Shown: piece after piece, positions 33,368-40,616 of the stretch
Position numbering within the stretch: the first letter of the stretch is position 1
How the letters are laid out: the number at the start of each line of letters is the position of its first letter
Assembly (NCBI GenBank): GCA_002083565.1
Contig: MSXM01000012.1
Span: 956-64,955 of the forward strand
Reading direction: 5' to 3'
Length of the DNA stretch: 64,000 nucleotides
DNA from: Nitrospira sp. ST-bin4
Lineage (GTDB): Bacteria; Nitrospirota; Nitrospiria; Nitrospirales; Nitrospiraceae
Notes under the pieces: generated by a model
Told to the model about the DNA's origin: nothing
Databases searched by the model: none
Seen by the model: the letters and a program-made list of their open reading frames with translations, nothing else
Program-made: the position numbers and the translations under genes

Positions 33368-33633
33368 CGGTGCTCCTTTGAGTAACGAGTGAATCGTCGA
33401 TGAGAGAAGGTATAAGCGAGAGGGCGATGGAGTCAAGACAACAGATTGCGCAGCTGCATAAAACATGGGCCGCACGTGTGATCATCATGCGTGCGGCCCT
33501 CTGTTTTCAGGCGCGACGCCCGGCTCAAATAACGCTATAGTGAGGGCTGTCAGTGGATTTCTCAGGTGTGAGGGTGACTTGTTATACTCAATAGCGATCT
33601 GCGATCAGACGTGACCGCTGAAATTTGTTCACA

Positions 33634-34371
33634 ATGACATCGAACCCCGCTCTTTCTGCAAAACGGCATACGGTCGATCGATTGCTTTCGAAGCTGGGCA
33701 TTGCTTCACGTAGCACAAGCCAGGAGTGGGTCCGCGCCGGGCGCGTGCGGATCAATGGACGGGTGGTGTGCGATCCAGCGACCTGGGTCTTGTGGCCGAA
33801 GGACTCCATCTCGGTCGACGATAAACCGATTCACGATTCGCTCAAGCGATGTATCCTGTTTCACAAACCCAAAGGGGTCATCACGACACATAGCGATGAC
33901 CGGGCCCGAAAGACCATCTTCGATGTGTTGCCGGCGGACTTGGGCTATCTGCATGCCGTCGGTCGGTTGGATCAGGCGACCAGCGGACTTCTGCTGTTGA
34001 CCAATGATTCAACCTTATCGAGCTACCTTACCGATCCGGCCAATAAGGTGATGCGGACGTACCTTGTGTCCGTGCGAGGCGAATTCACTGAAGCCCGAGC
34101 GAAAGAAGCCATGGTTGGCGTTGTCGATGCCGGTGAACGCCTCCAATGCCATTGTGTGAAGATTCAAAAGAGTTCAGGCCGAGAGACGCATCTGGAGGTG
34201 GTGTTGGTCCAGGGAAAGAATCGTGAGATCCGCAGGCTGTTCCTGGCGCTGGGCCATGAAGTGACCAGGCTCAGGCGCATCCAATTTGGTCCATTCAAAC
34301 TGGAAGATCTTCAGCCCGGTTCCTGGCGCGAGATGCCGATTGAAGACGCCAGGGAAGCGCTCAGGCTATGA
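33634..34371 (+). CDS. rRNA pseudouridine synthase (RsuA/RluB family, S4 domain)
   Basis: LGIASR, HKPKG, VGRLD..TSGLLLLTND, GKNREIRR. Confidence 0.95.
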   Translation: MTSNPALSAKRHTVDRLLSKLGIASRSTSQEWVRAGRVRINGRVVCDPATWVLWPKDSISVDDKPIHDSLKRCILFHKPKGVITTHSDDRARKTIFDVLPADLGYLHAVGRLDQATSGLLLLTNDSTLSSYLTDPANKVMRTYLVSVRGEFTEARAKEAMVGVVDAGERLQCHCVKIQKSSGRETHLEVVLVQGKNREIRRLFLALGHEVTRLRRIQFGPFKLEDLQPGSWREMPIEDAREALRL

Positions 34372-34587
34372 GTGTTCGTTGTGTAGATTGGGTATTGGAC
34401 GAGGAAAAGGGGCAGTAATTGTTCTGACAGTCAAGCCGTCGTCATGCGGCCCTTCTGTTTTCTGGAGCACCGTCAGGAGATGTGCAAGTAGATTTCAGGC
34501 GGCAATGAGTACATGAGTGTCAGATTGAGGCGTGCAGAGGATGCCCACTCCGGTTCGCTGCATAACGTGTATGATGGGAGCCGCCTT

Positions 34588-34866
34588 CTAGGCGGCATGT
34601 GGAAAGAGGTCGTATCGTGCCGTTGAGGGGATGATCGTGCTCTCGACCGGGCCGGCGGCAGACGAAGCGGGCGCCCATAATTCGTAGTCAAATCCCCGGC
34701 GTCGCAAACAGATCGCTCCCTGTCGGCTCAATGCATCCACACTCGTGAACACCTGGTTCCAGGTCGATTCCGGGAGGCAGGGCAGAAGTTTCTCCATCAC
34801 AATAGATCCTCGCTCGTGAACGATGGCCAGGATCTTCGCCTCCGTGTGTCCCGCAGCAGTATTCAT
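34588..34866 (-). CDS. small hypothetical protein, winged-helix-like
   Basis: 92 aa from ATG 34866 with GAGGGAGG RBS; start overlaps the upstream stop; WNQVF..VD.LSR.G.I.L pattern. Confidence 0.7.
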   Translation of the reverse strand: MNTAAGHTEAKILAIVHERGSIVMEKLLPCLPESTWNQVFTSVDALSRQGAICLRRRGFDYELWAPASSAAGPVESTIIPSTARYDLFPHAA

Positions 34867-35396
34867 GGGTGACCTCCCTCGTCGGCATGGGCCATATATG
34901 AATAGGCCGACAGTCTCGACTGTGTCGGGCTCCATCGAACGACTATCACGCGAATGATTCCCAAGGTAAACAGAATGCCGCCCAGAGCCGCCAGCGCCTG
35001 CCAATCCCCACCCTTGAACCACTGGGAGATCACTTCCGTCAGCATGACCACAAGGATCGTATCGACAATGAAGGTTACCTTCACACGGCCTTCACTGAAA
35101 TAGGTCACCGTCGTCTTGAACACCTCGACGATGGCCAGCAAGATCAGCATGTCGATGATCACTTGTCGCAAGACCACCTCGGCCGGATGGCCGACAAGCA
35201 TGAACAGGTCGAGAAATGATTTCAGGACACCTCCGGTGAGTGCAGCCAAGAGGGTGACGATCATCAGACTGAGCACCCCCTTGATCCCGACGGCCCATAC
35301 ATCCATCAGGTCGAGATTGCGCAGCCGACCCCATCCGGAGTGCCCGTCGAGCAGGTGAGCCTCTATGGGTGTTGTTCTGAGCGGGTTAGAAGTCAT
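34863..35396 (-). CDS. PsiE-like (phosphate-starvation-inducible E family) membrane protein
   Basis: Four hydrophobic segments; ILLAIVEVFKT..TYF.EGRVKVTFIVDTILVVML.EVI. Confidence 0.8.
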   Translation of the reverse strand: MTSNPLRTTPIEAHLLDGHSGWGRLRNLDLMDVWAVGIKGVLSLMIVTLLAALTGGVLKSFLDLFMLVGHPAEVVLRQVIIDMLILLAIVEVFKTTVTYFSEGRVKVTFIVDTILVVMLTEVISQWFKGGDWQALAALGGILFTLGIIRVIVVRWSPTQSRLSAYSYMAHADEGGHP

Positions 35397-35769
35397 CGGT
35401 TGACACCGGGCGAAGCAGGTCTCGAACAGAAAGCACCCCAACAACGGTGGTGGATTTGCACACCATCAAGTGTCGTGTTCCATGCCGCTGCATCAGGTCT
35501 GCTGCTTCAGTAATCGGTCGCCGCTCGTCGATGCCGAGCACCGGTGCACTCATGATCGTTGCAATGGGAAAGTGGGACGATTCTTGATCGGTCCCTACCA
35601 CCTTCCGGACGATATCCGACTCCGTCACAATGCCGACGATATGATGGTCATGCAACACAAGGATGCTCCCGATCTTGCGACGGGACATTAGTTTCGCTGC
35701 ATCGACGGCACTCATCGTTCCCGGCGCCGTGACTAATTCTCTGTTCATCAGTTGTCCGACAGTGATCAT
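35386..35769 (-). CDS. tandem CBS-domain protein
   Basis: VGQLM...AAKLM..RKIGSILV...VGIVTESDI and IMSAPV...LMQRHGTRHL...VGVLSVRDL; AAGGAGGAG RBS. Confidence 0.92.
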   Translation of the reverse strand: MITVGQLMNRELVTAPGTMSAVDAAKLMSRRKIGSILVLHDHHIVGIVTESDIVRKVVGTDQESSHFPIATIMSAPVLGIDERRPITEAADLMQRHGTRHLMVCKSTTVVGVLSVRDLLRPVSTDDF

Positions 35770-35955
35770 GCAACTCCTCCTTCAGGAAACCCCGTTCATT
35801 GTTGTTTGATGTATTTGTATGGAGGGTACTGCGCGTACGTTGCAGGGCTGTGTCTTCGATGTAAAATCTCTGTTAACCCCGATCAGAAAGGCAGGTATGT
35901 TCAGCGGGGCTCTTGCGGGTTACTTCCTGGCAGGCCAGCGTTCCATTGGGGTAGT

Positions 35956-36043
35956 CTTCCGCACAATGGCGGCGAGGCAGGGCAAGGGGCGCCAGACATT
36001 AATTTACGAGTTGTTAGGGTAGGCAGTTTCTCGAGTGGCGTGA
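35956..36043 (+). pseudogene. 3' remnant of a BrnA-type antitoxin
   Basis: RTMAARQGKGRQTLIYELLG*AVSRVA* versus intact RTMAAKQGKGYQTLIHELLEKAISRVA*; in-frame TAG at 36020-36022 and 5' part missing. Confidence 0.9.
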
Positions 36044-36167
36044 TGTGGGGAGTTTCTGTGCCGACGTGAGTGAGCTCTTGGGCGCCGAATGGGAAAGGTT
36101 CCCGACGAATATGAGGTCAAGCGCTTGGAGAAATGCGATCAGTTGACGAAAGCGCCGCTCAGACTCG

Positions 36168-36413
36168 TCAGGAAAGAATAGCCGGAGATCCGAATCGCCG
36201 GAAAGAGGAAATGACAACGGGTAAATGACTGACTTCGGTCCACGACAGTATTGCAATCGTTTGCTCTGCTCCGAGAAAAGACTGAAGCAGCAGGAAGATA
36301 CCGAAGCTGAGGGCAATGATGCTGGGCCAGATCATCGAGAGAGCACCGAAAACGAATACAACGGTCATGACCTCCAAAGCATGCCGGCCAAACCGGACCT
36401 TGGGCGTGATCAT
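36168..36413 (-). CDS. small hydrophobic membrane protein, paralog A (81 aa)
   Basis: MITPK...GALSMIWPSIIAL..GIFLLLQSF...RRFGSPAI; CAGGGAGG RBS; 49/81 identities to paralog B by hand count, with one codon-sized indel. Confidence 0.8.
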   Translation of the reverse strand: MITPKVRFGRHALEVMTVVFVFGALSMIWPSIIALSFGIFLLLQSFLGAEQTIAILSWTEVSHLPVVISSFRRFGSPAILS

Positions 36414-36475
36414 GAGGGCCCTCCCTGGTCTGCTCTCTACCAAATGCATAAAAGGCGTTGATATAAACTGGCGGT

Positions 36476-36505
36476 ATGATAGGCCTTAGGAAACCTCGTT
36501 AGCAA
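36476..36505 (-). promoter_or_regulatory. candidate sigma70 promoter of paralog A
   Basis: Minus strand TTGCTA-N18-TATCAT; copy B has TTGCTA-N18-TACCAT at the same position. Confidence 0.5.
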
Positions 36506-36559
36506 CCGGGCATGAGACCTAATAACAACTGGACATGAGACCTAATAGCAGCTGGGCAC
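36490..36559 (+). repeat. 3 tandem copies of a 23-24 bp unit
   Basis: GAAACCTCGTTAGCAACCGGGCAT / GAGACCTAATAACAACTGGACAT / GAGACCTAATAGCAGCTGGGCAC; single copy in repeat B (38093-38116). Confidence 0.9.
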
Positions 36560-36590
36560 ACTGCCTACGAAGAGCTGGTCCTGTTACCAG

Positions 36591-36923
36591 GGTGTTGCAA
36601 TGGCAGCGTGTAACGTCAGTGATCGAGGAACTGAAAGCTGATTCATGCCAGTCGCAAACAGCCGACCTGTTCCCTGGCCCAAGTCCGCGAACGCCTCCGC
36701 GCCGCGCGATAGCGCGATAGAACAGCTGTTGGCGACGGCTGCAAGGAAGATGGCTGAGATGTCAAAGCTGGATCTCAGGGCTCATTCACGCCGGTCAGGT
36801 TGCCAGGTGAGAATGGGCACGCCGCAGGCCGTGAAACGTCCTGATGTTAGATTGCACAGCAACCTTCAACTTTGAGATTCTGGTCGTGAGATTGTAGCGG
36901 CAGTGGTACTGAGAAAAGGTTCC
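36591..36923 (+). ncRNA. candidate structured non-coding RNA, copy A
   Basis: About 87% identical to copy B by hand count, with three 1-nt indels; compensatory and G-U-compatible changes in three hairpins; boundaries approximate. Confidence 0.45.
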
Positions 36924-37086
36924 CACCTTGTTGCTTGTCGTCTCCCATCCTGACGGCCTTGGTCGATCGGAGGCAGTGCTCCGTTGAATGCCAGTTGCCA
37001 TGAGAGAAACGGTTGCTAATGGTGGCTTGTGGCTCACAGGGATTGGTTGCGGCGGCGGCGGAGCTCATTAGTGTATATACAGTTGC

Positions 37087-37377
37087 GTATTTGAGTGGGA
37101 TGTTCGCAAAGCCCTGGCCAATTCTGGGAAGCATAAGATTTCGTTTGAGGAAGTGGCCACGGCGTTGGGTGATCCCAATGGAATGGATGGCGCCGACGAG
37201 CTCCATTCACAACTGGAACGTCGTCGCATTCGGATCGCCCGTTCAATCGCGGGCCGCATCCTGTTCGTGGTGTATACGGTGAGGAGACAGAGCGATGAAA
37301 AAGAAATCATCTCCATTATCAGCGTCCGGCAAACGAGCCGGAAAGAGCGGACGGCATATTCCCGACTCACAGATTGA
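37087..37377 (+). CDS. BrnT-family toxin (ribonuclease); canonical start codon not found
   Basis: VFEWDVRKALANSGKHKISFEEVATALGDP...HSQLERR...RILFVVYTVR...IISVRQTSRKERTAY; in-frame TAG at 37069-37071 and no ATG/GTG/TTG before FEWD. Confidence 0.85.
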   Translation, partial: VFEWDVRKALANSGKHKISFEEVATALGDPNGMDGADELHSQLERRRIRIARSIAGRILFVVYTVRRQSDEKEIISIISVRQTSRKERTAYSRLTD

Positions 37378-37588
37378 TTTTTCGGATATGCCGGAATTGT
37401 CCGATCAGCAGCTTACGCGTATGCGGCGAGTCGGTAGACCTGCCACCGGCATAGCCAAGCAGTTGATCGCCATCCGTCTGTCTCCGCGTCTTTTGGCGGC
37501 CTTGCGCACTATGGCGGCCAAGCAGGGCAAGGGGTACCAGACATTGATCCACGAGTTGTTAGAAAAGGCGATTTCGCGAGTGGCGTGA
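37295..37588 (+). CDS. BrnA-family antitoxin (RHH)
   Basis: IDFSDMPEL...GRP...KQLIAIRL....L..LR..A...GKGYQTLIHELL; overlaps the toxin 3' end. Confidence 0.9.
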   Translation: MKKKSSPLSASGKRAGKSGRHIPDSQIDFSDMPELSDQQLTRMRRVGRPATGIAKQLIAIRLSPRLLAALRTMAAKQGKGYQTLIHELLEKAISRVA

Positions 37589-37774
37589 GATGGCAGGTTT
37601 GTGTCTTGTTGTCAGCCGAATCACCTTGGCGGGGAGACAATGTCCCGGGCCACGGTGGTCACACTTACGCGCCCCTGCAGGGAAGAAAGCCAAGATAGCA
37701 AAGCCTGACCCTGAATCCCCGTCCCCGAAGCCTGGCGAAATGCGTGCGACGGACGAAAGCGCCGCGTGAACTCG

Positions 37775-38017
37775 TCACGCAAAAATCGCCGGAGAGCCAA
37801 ATCGCCGAAGAGAGGTAAAGACAATCGGCCAATTACTGACTTCGGCCCACGTCAGTATCGCAATCTCTTGCTCTGCCGCGAAAGATTGGACCAGCAGGAA
37901 GACACCGAGGATGAGAGCAATGATGCCGGGCCAGATCATTGCTAGAGCGCCAAGAACTAGGAAGAGCATCATCGCCGCCAATGTATGCTGGGCAATCTGG
38001 CTTTTAGGTGTGATCAT
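37775..38017 (-). CDS. small hydrophobic membrane protein, paralog B (80 aa)
   Basis: MITPK...GALAMIWPGIIALILGVFLLVQSF...RRFGSPAIFA; CAGGGAGG RBS. Confidence 0.8.
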   Translation of the reverse strand: MITPKSQIAQHTLAAMMLFLVLGALAMIWPGIIALILGVFLLVQSFAAEQEIAILTWAEVSNWPIVFTSLRRFGSPAIFA

Positions 38018-38147
38018 AGGGACCTCCCTGGTCTGCTCTCTGCCAAATACATGAATGGCGTTGATGTAAACTGTCGGCATGGTAGGCCTAAGGAGACCTA
38101 ATTAGCAACTAGGCAGACTCTCTACTAAGAGTTGACCATGTTGCCAG

Positions 38148-38483
38148 TGTGTCACAATGGCAGAGTGTGACGTCAGTGCTCGAGGATCTGAAAGCTGATT
38201 TGTGCCCGTCGTAAACCACCGACCTGTTTCCTGATCCAAGCCCGCGAACACCTCTGTCGCCGCGCGATAGCGCGATGGAATGGCTGTTGGCAACGGCTGC
38301 AAGGAAGATGGCTGAGAGATCAAAGCCGGATCTCATGGCTTATTCAAGTCGGGTCAGGTTGTCAGGTGAGAATGGACACGCCGCAGGCCGCGAAGCGTCC
38401 TGATGTCGGATTGCACAACTGATCTTCAACTTTGAGATTCTGGTCGTTAGATTGTATCGGCAGAGGTACAGAGAGAAGGTTCC
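38148..38483 (+). ncRNA. candidate structured non-coding RNA, copy B
   Basis: Paralog of 36591-36923 with the same hairpins. Confidence 0.45.
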
Positions 38484-38536
38484 AGGCCCCTTTGATTCTC
38501 TTTCATGTCCATCGTTCCCTCCGTGATCAAATCTGT

Positions 38537-39550
38537 CTATGGCCGACGAAGGAAATCGTCTGCTGCACCAGTCTTGAAAAACTCCGTGAACCCGCCATCA
38601 AAGGCTGCATGCCGCGATGCAAGAATGCGAGCTCGACGAAGATTGGATGACGCTTCCTCTGATTGTGATTCGCCCCCGTTAATCACCATGACAAGCTCAA
38701 CTTGCTTTATTCCTTCGCGCAACAGATTTAGAAACGGTTCCTCGGTGCCTCGCCATCCAATGACGAGAATTCTAGTTACATCGGGCAGGAAGGATTTTAG
38801 TTTGTCTATATGGTACACAGGGCACTCAAATTGTAGCTTGGACTCAACAGGGATGGCGAGCGCTGGGAAAACCACCCGATCCTGCCTGGGGGCAGGCGGG
38901 AATTCGCCAACCAATACATATTGATCAGTTATGAAATCTGGGGAATATGAATCAATTACGGAATTAGCAATATCTAATCGATTTGCCTTAATGTCTATAG
39001 GGGCAGTGCTTAGTCTCCCCCAACTAACGGAGCCGTGCAACTTGATCAGTGGCAGATCGTTTTTGATATATGACGGAAAATCTCTGAGGGCATACCCAAA
39101 TTGCTCCAATGCTCCATCCAATAAGGTGTCATAGTTAAAAGTTACAAAGCAGGCACGTTCGCCTGATTTGCGAATGTGGTCGACGAGTGCGAGATAGTTG
39201 CTGATCGATTGCGTTTCTTTCAGCCATATTTGTGGTAACTCGAAAAGCATTTCTTGCAAGTAGTAACGAATCGCCGCGAGCTGATGCAGACGGGTGGGAT
39301 AATTGGCTGCTTCAGTTTGGAGCTTTTGTAACTGCTTTTCAATAGTTCCCTCGGGCATGTCTCGCAATTGTTGAATGATAGGAAGGCATTGTGGGTATTT
39401 GTTCATCACGTTGCCAAAGTATTGGCGATCGCCAAATAAGTCATTTGCCATCGGTGGACGTTCGGGCATCAGGCTGTAACGAGAGTCACTTGCTGGCCGC
39501 GATGGGGCGGAATCGTAAGACGCGCCAGCGCCTAAGATGACAAGCAACAC
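38537..39550 (-). CDS. stand-alone SIR2-family (SIR2_2/AbiH-like) protein, putative defence NADase
   Basis: LVILGAGAS, FVTFNYDTLL, IKLHGSVSW and ILVIGW motifs; GTG 39550 with AAAGGAG RBS; visibly AT-richer than the core genes. Confidence 0.85.
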   Translation of the reverse strand: MLLVILGAGASYDSAPSRPASDSRYSLMPERPPMANDLFGDRQYFGNVMNKYPQCLPIIQQLRDMPEGTIEKQLQKLQTEAANYPTRLHQLAAIRYYLQEMLFELPQIWLKETQSISNYLALVDHIRKSGERACFVTFNYDTLLDGALEQFGYALRDFPSYIKNDLPLIKLHGSVSWGRLSTAPIDIKANRLDIANSVIDSYSPDFITDQYVLVGEFPPAPRQDRVVFPALAIPVESKLQFECPVYHIDKLKSFLPDVTRILVIGWRGTEEPFLNLLREGIKQVELVMVINGGESQSEEASSNLRRARILASRHAAFDGGFTEFFKTGAADDFLRRP

Positions 39551-39793
39551 AGTTGGATCTCCTTTGCACAATCAATCATGACGTAAGGGCTAGATGGGTG
39601 GCGCTGCATTCGCGCAGTAAAAAGAGAGACCGAAAACGGTCACAGGCTACTTTTCTATGCGAACAGTGTCAATGGTGTGAGGGGCTTAAGCGCCTACCAG
39701 TTGTCGGTCAAATCTCCGACTCTCTGTACTAGGGATAAACTCATCTGACTTGGATGTGCGATGAGCCACTTGCCAGGCTAGTTGTGAGCTCTA

Positions 39794-39940
39794 TTAGAGG
39801 TTGATCTGGTGGCGCGTGCTCCGGCCGCTGCCGGTGGATACGAAAATGCCCTTGTCTGAAAGATTCTGCAAATCCCTCGTGGCTGTGGCCTTCGATGCGC
39901 CGGTGATGGTCATGTATTTCTTGGCACTCATACCAGCCGC
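39794..39940 (-). pseudogene. C-terminal winged-helix remnant of a Fic-family protein
   Basis: Hand translation *AAGMSAKKYMTITGASKATATRDLQNLSDKGIFVSTGSGRSTRHQINL*; no Fic catalytic domain upstream. Confidence 0.75.
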
Positions 39941-40053
39941 TTACGACAAGTCTACTACCATCCATCTCATAGGCGATGGAAAATATGAGCCGAATAGAAG
40001 CCTTATTCGGCTCAGGCAGATGACTGGAAAATTGTGTTGGGAGCGACAGGCAT

Positions 40054-40083
40054 CCCCAGACCGCTCTTACGAGCGGCCTGGGT
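40054..40083 (-). terminator. hairpin downstream of 40104-40469
   Basis: CCCCAGACCGCTC-TTAC-GAGCGGCCTGGGG, 13-bp stem (12 Watson-Crick pairs plus a G-U pair on the minus strand). Confidence 0.6.
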
Positions 40084-40103
40084 TGAAGATGCCGGAGTGG
40101 GGG

Positions 40104-40469
40104 TTAATCCACTTCGACGGTGATCGTATGAGAAGCCACGACGGGATCGTGGTCCTTGGTCGCGCCGGTCAGGGTAACCTTGTGGGTTCCCTTGTTCAGG
40201 CTCTTGATCGTTCCGGAAAATCCCTTCTGATACTCGCCGTCCACATAGGCATGGACATGCGTCGCCTGCGTGCCCTTGGTCAAGTCATACTTGATCTCGA
40301 AGGTGTCGCTGACTTTGGCTCCGTCCTTGGGGGACGTAATCACCAGCTTCGATCCGTCTTCAACCGGCGCTGCTGCCGGCTTATCTCCTGCCAAGGCCAG
40401 CCCTCCGCTGAGGCAGCCGGCCAATACGATTCCCAATCCCATCAACCCGATACGTCCCATCTGCTGCAT
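40104..40469 (-). CDS. exported Ig-like protein with HxH motif (DUF4399-like), paralog 1
   Basis: Signal peptide ending ALA; ITSPKDG...ATHVHAYVDGEYQKGFSG...GTH...DH; GGGAGG RBS. Confidence 0.8.
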   Translation of the reverse strand: MQQMGRIGLMGLGIVLAGCLSGGLALAGDKPAAAPVEDGSKLVITSPKDGAKVSDTFEIKYDLTKGTQATHVHAYVDGEYQKGFSGTIKSLNKGTHKVTLTGATKDHDPVVASHTITVEVD

Positions 40470-40616
40470 TGCAACCTCCCTAGTTTGAACTCACTGAATG
40501 GACACGACGGCCTGTCCTGCTCTGTCGGATGTCCTTGTGCTTGTTGACCCGTCGTTCACCGGTAGAGCATGCTTGTACATTCTAATTTTCAAAATGGCGC
40601 GAGTCAATCCGTCCGT

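Larger units (their letters stand above)
35956..36923 (+). repeat. diverged direct repeat, copy A (pairs with 37501-38483)
   Basis: Hand alignment; exact shared blocks include ACGGCTGCAAGGAAGATGGCTGAGA (36735-36759 = 38293-38317) and CTTCAACTTTGAGATTCTGGTCGT. Confidence 0.95.
37501..38483 (+). repeat. diverged direct repeat, copy B (pairs with 35956-36923)
   Basis: Same hand alignment as copy A; both copies end at AAGGTTCC. Confidence 0.95.

Noticed and set aside
36490..36559. CRISPR array
   Set aside because: The units are directly adjacent with no unique spacers, and there are no cas genes
36645..36875. 76-aa plus-strand ORF (and ORFs 36535-36720, 38102-38323, 38109-38336) as real genes
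   Set aside because: The paralogous copy has an early stop and 1-nt indels, so no frame is shared between copies
35956..38483. Assembly artefact as the cause of the duplication
   Set aside because: The copies differ by many substitutions and indels throughout, so this is an old duplication
31000..40500. Prophage, integrative element or retron explanation for the accessory stretch
   Set aside because: No integrase, transposase, reverse transcriptase, phage gene, tRNA or att-like flanking repeat recognised
39801..40547. 248-aa plus-strand ORF
   Set aside because: Antisense to the exported protein and the Fic remnant, crosses a terminator hairpin, no recognisable motifs
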